DNA of 22,006 bases from an uncultured Aquificales bacterium (lineage in GTDB: Bacteria; Thermosulfidibacterota; Thermosulfidibacteria; Thermosulfidibacterales; Thermosulfidibacteraceae). Positions 18,811 through 22,006 of this stretch are shown here, one piece after another. The position numbers and the translations under genes were made by a program. Numbering within the stretch: the first letter of the stretch is position 1; each line of letters starts with the position of its first letter. The stretch is from NCBI GenBank assembly GCA_964411615.1, contig CAYPLO010000024.1:3121-25126 (forward strand), written 5' to 3'. The notes beneath the pieces were generated by a model. That model was given only the letters and a program-made list of their open reading frames with translations. It was not told the DNA's origin and did not search any database.

Positions 18811-18884
18811 GGGCCCGTAGCTCAGCTGGCCAGAGCCACCGGCTCATAACCGGAAGGTCCCAGGTTCGACCCCTGGCGGGCCCA
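18811..18884 (+). tRNA. tRNA with CAT anticodon, most likely tRNA-Ile2 (lysidine); CCA not encoded
   Basis: GGGCCCG/CGGGCCC acceptor with C4-G69 and C5-G68, anticodon arm CCGG-CTCATAA-CCGG, T arm CCAGG-TTCGACC-CCTGG. No C1 mismatch or GGG/CCC stem of an initiator tRNA. Discriminator A is followed by TTG. Confidence 0.9.
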
Positions 18885-18894
18885 TTGGAAGAAG

Positions 18895-18935
18895 AAAGGG
18901 GGATGCACCTTTTGTGCATCCCCCTTTTTCTTTTT
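18895..18935 (+). terminator. Rho-independent terminator
   Basis: Perfect 14-bp stem AAAGGGGGATGCAC-ctttt-GTGCATCCCCCTTT followed by TTCTTTTT. Confidence 0.85.
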
Positions 18936-18946
18936 GGAGGTGGGCT

Positions 18947-19717
18947 TTGAAGGTCCACCAGCTCATCCAGCTTGTGGATTCCCACTTTCCCCTCTCCAAT
19001 GCCCTTGAGTGGGATAACTGCGGGCTTCAGGTGGGGGACCCTAACGCAGAGGTGGGAAAGGTGCTTGTATGCTTGGACATCGGAATGGAGACCCTTGAGG
19101 AAGCAAAGGAAGAGGGCTGCAACACCGTGGTCAGCCATCATCCCCTCATATTCAGAGGATTGAAGAGCATAGACACCTCCACATCAACGGGAAGCATAAT
19201 CAAAGAGGCCATAAAGAACGGGATAAACATCCTCAGCTTCCACACCAACGTTGACGCATCGGAGGGAGGGCTTGCCTGGTTCGTGGCCAACCTGCTGGGG
19301 CTGGAGGTTGAGGGTCCCCTAACAGAGGAAGGTGTAGGGGTCATAGCCAGGGCAAGAACAACCGTTGAGGAACTGCTCCACAGGGTTCAAGAGAGGCTCA
19401 ACCCCTCCACCCTCAGGATTACCAGGGGAGCCACAGACAAGGTGAACAGGGTGGCTGTGTGCCCTGGAAGCGGGGGAGACCTGATTAAAGCCGCCATCTC
19501 AAAGGGTGCCCAGTGCTACATAACCGGAGATGTGAAGTACCATCAGGCCAGAGAGGCGGAAGGGCTCATCTGGGTGATAGACGCAGGACACCACGCCACA
19601 GAGCTACCCTTCATAGGGCTTATGAAACAGACCCTGGAGGCGGAGGGGCTTGAGGTGGTGCCCTCATCTAAGGACAGGGACCCACTAATCCCCTTCAAAG
19701 GAGGAGGTGATGGATAA
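18947..19717 (+). CDS. Nif3-like dinuclear metal centre protein (YbgI/DUF34)
   Basis: TTG start after SD GGAGGT; WDNCGLQVG, SHHPLIF, HTNVD, CPGSGG, TGDVKYH, DAGHHATE. Confidence 0.93.
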   Translation: MKVHQLIQLVDSHFPLSNALEWDNCGLQVGDPNAEVGKVLVCLDIGMETLEEAKEEGCNTVVSHHPLIFRGLKSIDTSTSTGSIIKEAIKNGINILSFHTNVDASEGGLAWFVANLLGLEVEGPLTEEGVGVIARARTTVEELLHRVQERLNPSTLRITRGATDKVNRVAVCPGSGGDLIKAAISKGAQCYITGDVKYHQAREAEGLIWVIDAGHHATELPFIGLMKQTLEAEGLEVVPSSKDRDPLIPFKGGGDG

Positions 19718-20429
19718 AGAGCTTGAGATACTGGTGAAGATACAGTCCATAGACCAGTTCATAATCGAGAGAAGGAGGGACAAGAAAGAGATACCTGAGA
19801 GGCTCAAGTCCCTGAAGGAGGAGGTTGATAGGGCCAGAGAGGAGCTCGAAAAGGCGAAAAGGGAGAAGAAGGAGATTGCCCTGAAAAGAAGGGAGAAGGA
19901 GAAGCTTCTGGACGAGCTGGCGGAGAAGGTGTCGGACAGGAAAGCCCGGCTCTTCAAGGTGAAGACCAACGAGGAGTACGCAGCCCTGCTCAGAGAGATA
20001 GAGTCCTTCAAGGAGGAGATAAGCAACACCGAAGACGAAATCATCATACTCTTAGACAGGGATGAGGAGATGGACGCAAAGATAGGGGAGGCGGAGAAGA
20101 GGCTGAAGGAAGCGGAAAGAATGCTTGAGGAAGAGGAGAAGAAGTGCAACGGCCTCCTAGAGAAGATAGACAGAGAGCTTGCAGAGGCGGAAAAGGAGCG
20201 GGAGAGTCTCTGGAAGCAGCTTAGCACCAGGTCCCAGAGGCTTTACCAGAAACTTAAAAGCACAAAGGGCATTGCGGTGGTGAGGGCCGCAAACCAGACC
20301 TGCCATGGATGCTACACGGAACTCCCCCCCCAGCTCTTCCTTGAGGTGAAGAAGGGCAACAGCATCATCCAGTGCCCCTTCTGCGGGAGAATCCTCTACT
20401 ACTGGGATGAAGGCGAGAGTCAGCTTTGA
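19710..20429 (+). CDS. Coiled-coil C4 zinc-ribbon protein (DUF164 / HP0958-like)
   Basis: Long charged coiled coil with KTNEEYAALLREI, then CHGC...CPFCGRILY; SD GGAGGAGG; customary neighbour of nif3. Confidence 0.9.
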   Translation: MDKELEILVKIQSIDQFIIERRRDKKEIPERLKSLKEEVDRAREELEKAKREKKEIALKRREKEKLLDELAEKVSDRKARLFKVKTNEEYAALLREIESFKEEISNTEDEIIILLDRDEEMDAKIGEAEKRLKEAERMLEEEEKKCNGLLEKIDRELAEAEKERESLWKQLSTRSQRLYQKLKSTKGIAVVRAANQTCHGCYTELPPQLFLEVKKGNSIIQCPFCGRILYYWDEGESQL

Positions 20430-20874
20430 CGGGGCATCCAGGGGTAATCCTGGACCCGCAGGCTACGGCTTCGTAATAGAGCTTGATACCGGCGATGTCA
20501 TCTGTGGCTACGGGTACTTAGGAGAGACCACCAACAACGTGGCAGAGTACAGGGGCCTCATAAAGGCCTTAGAGTGTGCAAAGGCCCTTGGAGTGGAAGA
20601 GGTGCACATCATCTCCGACTCACAGCTGGTGGTTAACCAGCTCAAGGGTCTTTACAAAGTGAAAGCCCCCCACCTCAAAGAACTAAATCACAGGGCAAAA
20701 AGCCTCTTGCAAAGCTTCAGAAAGGCGGACATCCTATTTGTGGAAAGGGAGAAGAACAGGGAAGCGGACAGACTGGCCAACAAGGGGATTGAGCGGGGGT
20801 GGGGAGGGTCGGGCGGCCGCCGGCCGTTCTGGCCGGAGGAAAGTCCGGGCTCCACAGGGCAGGGTGCCGGGTAA
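20407..20874 (+). CDS. rnhA: Ribonuclease HI family protein
   Basis: FDGASRGNPG, TNNVAEY, SDSQLVVNQ, REKNREADRLAN (all four acidic catalytic residues). The last ~26 codons lie inside rnpB. Confidence 0.9.
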   Translation: MKARVSFDGASRGNPGPAGYGFVIELDTGDVICGYGYLGETTNNVAEYRGLIKALECAKALGVEEVHIISDSQLVVNQLKGLYKVKAPHLKELNHRAKSLLQSFRKADILFVEREKNREADRLANKGIERGWGGSGGRRPFWPEESPGSTGQGAG

Positions 20875-21177
20875 CACCCGGGTCCCGAAAGGGACGGAAA
20901 GTGCCACAGAGAACAGACCGCCGGGCAGGGTAGCCCGGTAAGGGTGAAACGGTGGGGTAAGGGCCCACCGCCCCTTCCGGCAACGGGAGGGGGCACGGTA
21001 AACCCCACCCGGAGCAAGGCCGAATAGGGGGGCGTCCCTGCCGCAGGCAGGGTAAGGGTTGCCCGCCCGATGCCCCCGGGTAGGCCGCACGAGGCATCGG
21101 GCAACCGGTGCCCCAGATGAATGGCCGCCGCCCCAATGGGGTACAGAACCCGGCTTACAGACCCTCCCCACCCCTGC
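20793..21177 (+). ncRNA. rnpB: RNase P RNA, bacterial type A
   Basis: GAGGAAAGTCCGGGCTCC, GGAAAGTGCCACAGAGAA, GGGTGAAACGG, GGTAAACCCC, GAGCAAG, AGATGAATG, ACAGAACCCGGCTTA; P1 GCGGGGGTGGGGAGGGTC pairs with GACCCTCCCCACCCCTGC. Confidence 0.97.
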
Positions 21178-21187
21178 AGGGTGCCGC

Positions 21188-21856
21188 ATGGCGAGCATAC
21201 TGATAGTTGAGGATGACACACATATAGCGGAAACCCTCAAAAGGGCCCTGGGCATTGAGGGCTACACCGTACTAACGGCGGCAACGGGAACGGATGGGTT
21301 CGCCATTGCCCTGGACAGAAACCCCGACCTGGTGATACTCGACGTGAGGCTACCGGGAATGGACGGCTTCACGGTGTGCAAGAGGCTCAGGGAGGAGGGG
21401 TTCACATCCCCCATACTCATGCTCACGGTGCTGGACGAGACCAAGGATAAGGTTGAGGGGCTTGAGGCCGGTGCCGACGACTATGTGACAAAGCCCTTTG
21501 CCCTTGAGGAGCTGCTGGCAAGGGTGAGAGCACTTCTCAGAAGGAAGAACCACTACAGGGCAGCGATAAAGGTGGAGGACCTTGAGATAGACCCCATAAA
21601 GAGGAGGGTGACCAGGGCGGGAAGGCCCATAGAGCTATCACCGAAGGAGTTTGAGATACTGGAGGTCCTTGCAAGGCACAGGGGGAAGGCCCTGGGGGAG
21701 AGGGCCATCATAAGGAAGGTGTGGGGCAAGGAGGAGGTGAGCCCCGGAATTCTCAGGGTCTACATGCACCATCTGAGGCAGAAGATTGATAAGGGGTTCT
21801 CCAAGAAGCTCATCAGGACCGTAAGAGGCGTGGGGTACATGATAGATGCCCATTAG
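21188..21856 (+). CDS. OmpR/PhoB-family response regulator
   Basis: Start corrected to ATG 21188 (MASILIVEDD); LVILDVRLPGMDG, LMLT, GADDYVTKPFALEELLAR, winged helix LSPKEFEIL...IRTVRGVGY. Confidence 0.95.
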   Translation: MASILIVEDDTHIAETLKRALGIEGYTVLTAATGTDGFAIALDRNPDLVILDVRLPGMDGFTVCKRLREEGFTSPILMLTVLDETKDKVEGLEAGADDYVTKPFALEELLARVRALLRRKNHYRAAIKVEDLEIDPIKRRVTRAGRPIELSPKEFEILEVLARHRGKALGERAIIRKVWGKEEVSPGILRVYMHHLRQKIDKGFSKKLIRTVRGVGYMIDAH

Positions 21857-22006
21857 CAGAAGGATAGGCCTCGTATACACAGCCACAGTCATACTGCTTC
21901 TGGCAATCTTCACATGCCTAACCTGCGCTATGCTTAGGAAGGTGGAGCTTAAAGAGCTGGAAGTCTCGCTGCTGGCCCGCTCTGAGGAGCTTGAGGACCT
22001 GCTGGA
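21846..22006 (+). CDS. Probable sensor histidine kinase, 5' part only (partial)
   Basis: Manual translation MPISRRIGLVYTATVILLLAIFTCLTCAMLRKVELKELEVSLLARSEELEDLL: basic N-terminus plus TM helix, overlapping the regulator stop. Kinase identity is inferred from context; no kinase motif lies in the window. Confidence 0.6.
   Translation, partial: MPISRRIGLVYTATVILLLAIFTCLTCAMLRKVELKELEVSLLARSEELEDLL

Noticed and set aside
18914..18946. Upstream GTG start for nif3
   Set aside because: It lies in the terminator stem; the SD supports TTG 18947.
18811..18950. Integrated element or att site at either tRNA
   Set aside because: No integrase, duplicated tRNA 3' end or compositional shift; the flanking genes are housekeeping.
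20688..21255. Minus-strand ORFs over rnpB and the 43-codon N-terminal extension of the response regulator (from 21059)
   Set aside because: They arise from the stop-poor GC-rich RNA gene; the receiver domain begins at ATG 21188.
1..22006. CRISPR array, IS element, prophage or defence system
   Set aside because: No spaced direct repeats and no transposase, phage or defence-type motifs were seen; nearly all sequence is explained by recognisable genes.

Overview
Gene-dense, mostly housekeeping window from a GC-rich bacterium, probably thermophilic and diderm. This is inferred from purine-rich coding strands, frequent AGG/ATA codons, ADP-heptose genes and a long GC-rich RNase P P1 helix. Left end: a tandem-receiver signalling gene (minus strand, cut by the window edge and missed by the ORF track), divergent from a PilJ/NarX-type + CZB chemoreceptor and trpB2. 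Middle: a tightly packed ~11.6 kb minus-strand run of amidohydrolase, thrC, core metH, pyrF, arsR-like regulator, tRNA-Val, thrS, infC, Fe-S flavoprotein, hldA, hldC and pyk. Right: a plus-strand run of manC, prmA (interrupted), cinA-like, tRNA-Ile2, nif3, zinc-ribbon protein, RNase HI, rnpB, an OmpR-family regulator and the start of a probable sensor kinase. I saw no mobile element, CRISPR array or defence system, and no clear-cut new multi-gene system. The notable anomalies are: (1) pyrF has no stop codon and reads in frame through a promoter-like linker into an ArsR regulator; (2) prmA has an amber stop at a normally Trp position, followed by a strong internal RBS; (3) the RNase HI stop codon lies inside the RNase P RNA; (4) infC starts at AUA and lacks the usual rpmI-rplT neighbours; (5) the thrS leader may contain anticodon mimics; (6) the chemoreceptor appears to have two inputs (nitrate-type and zinc/redox-type).
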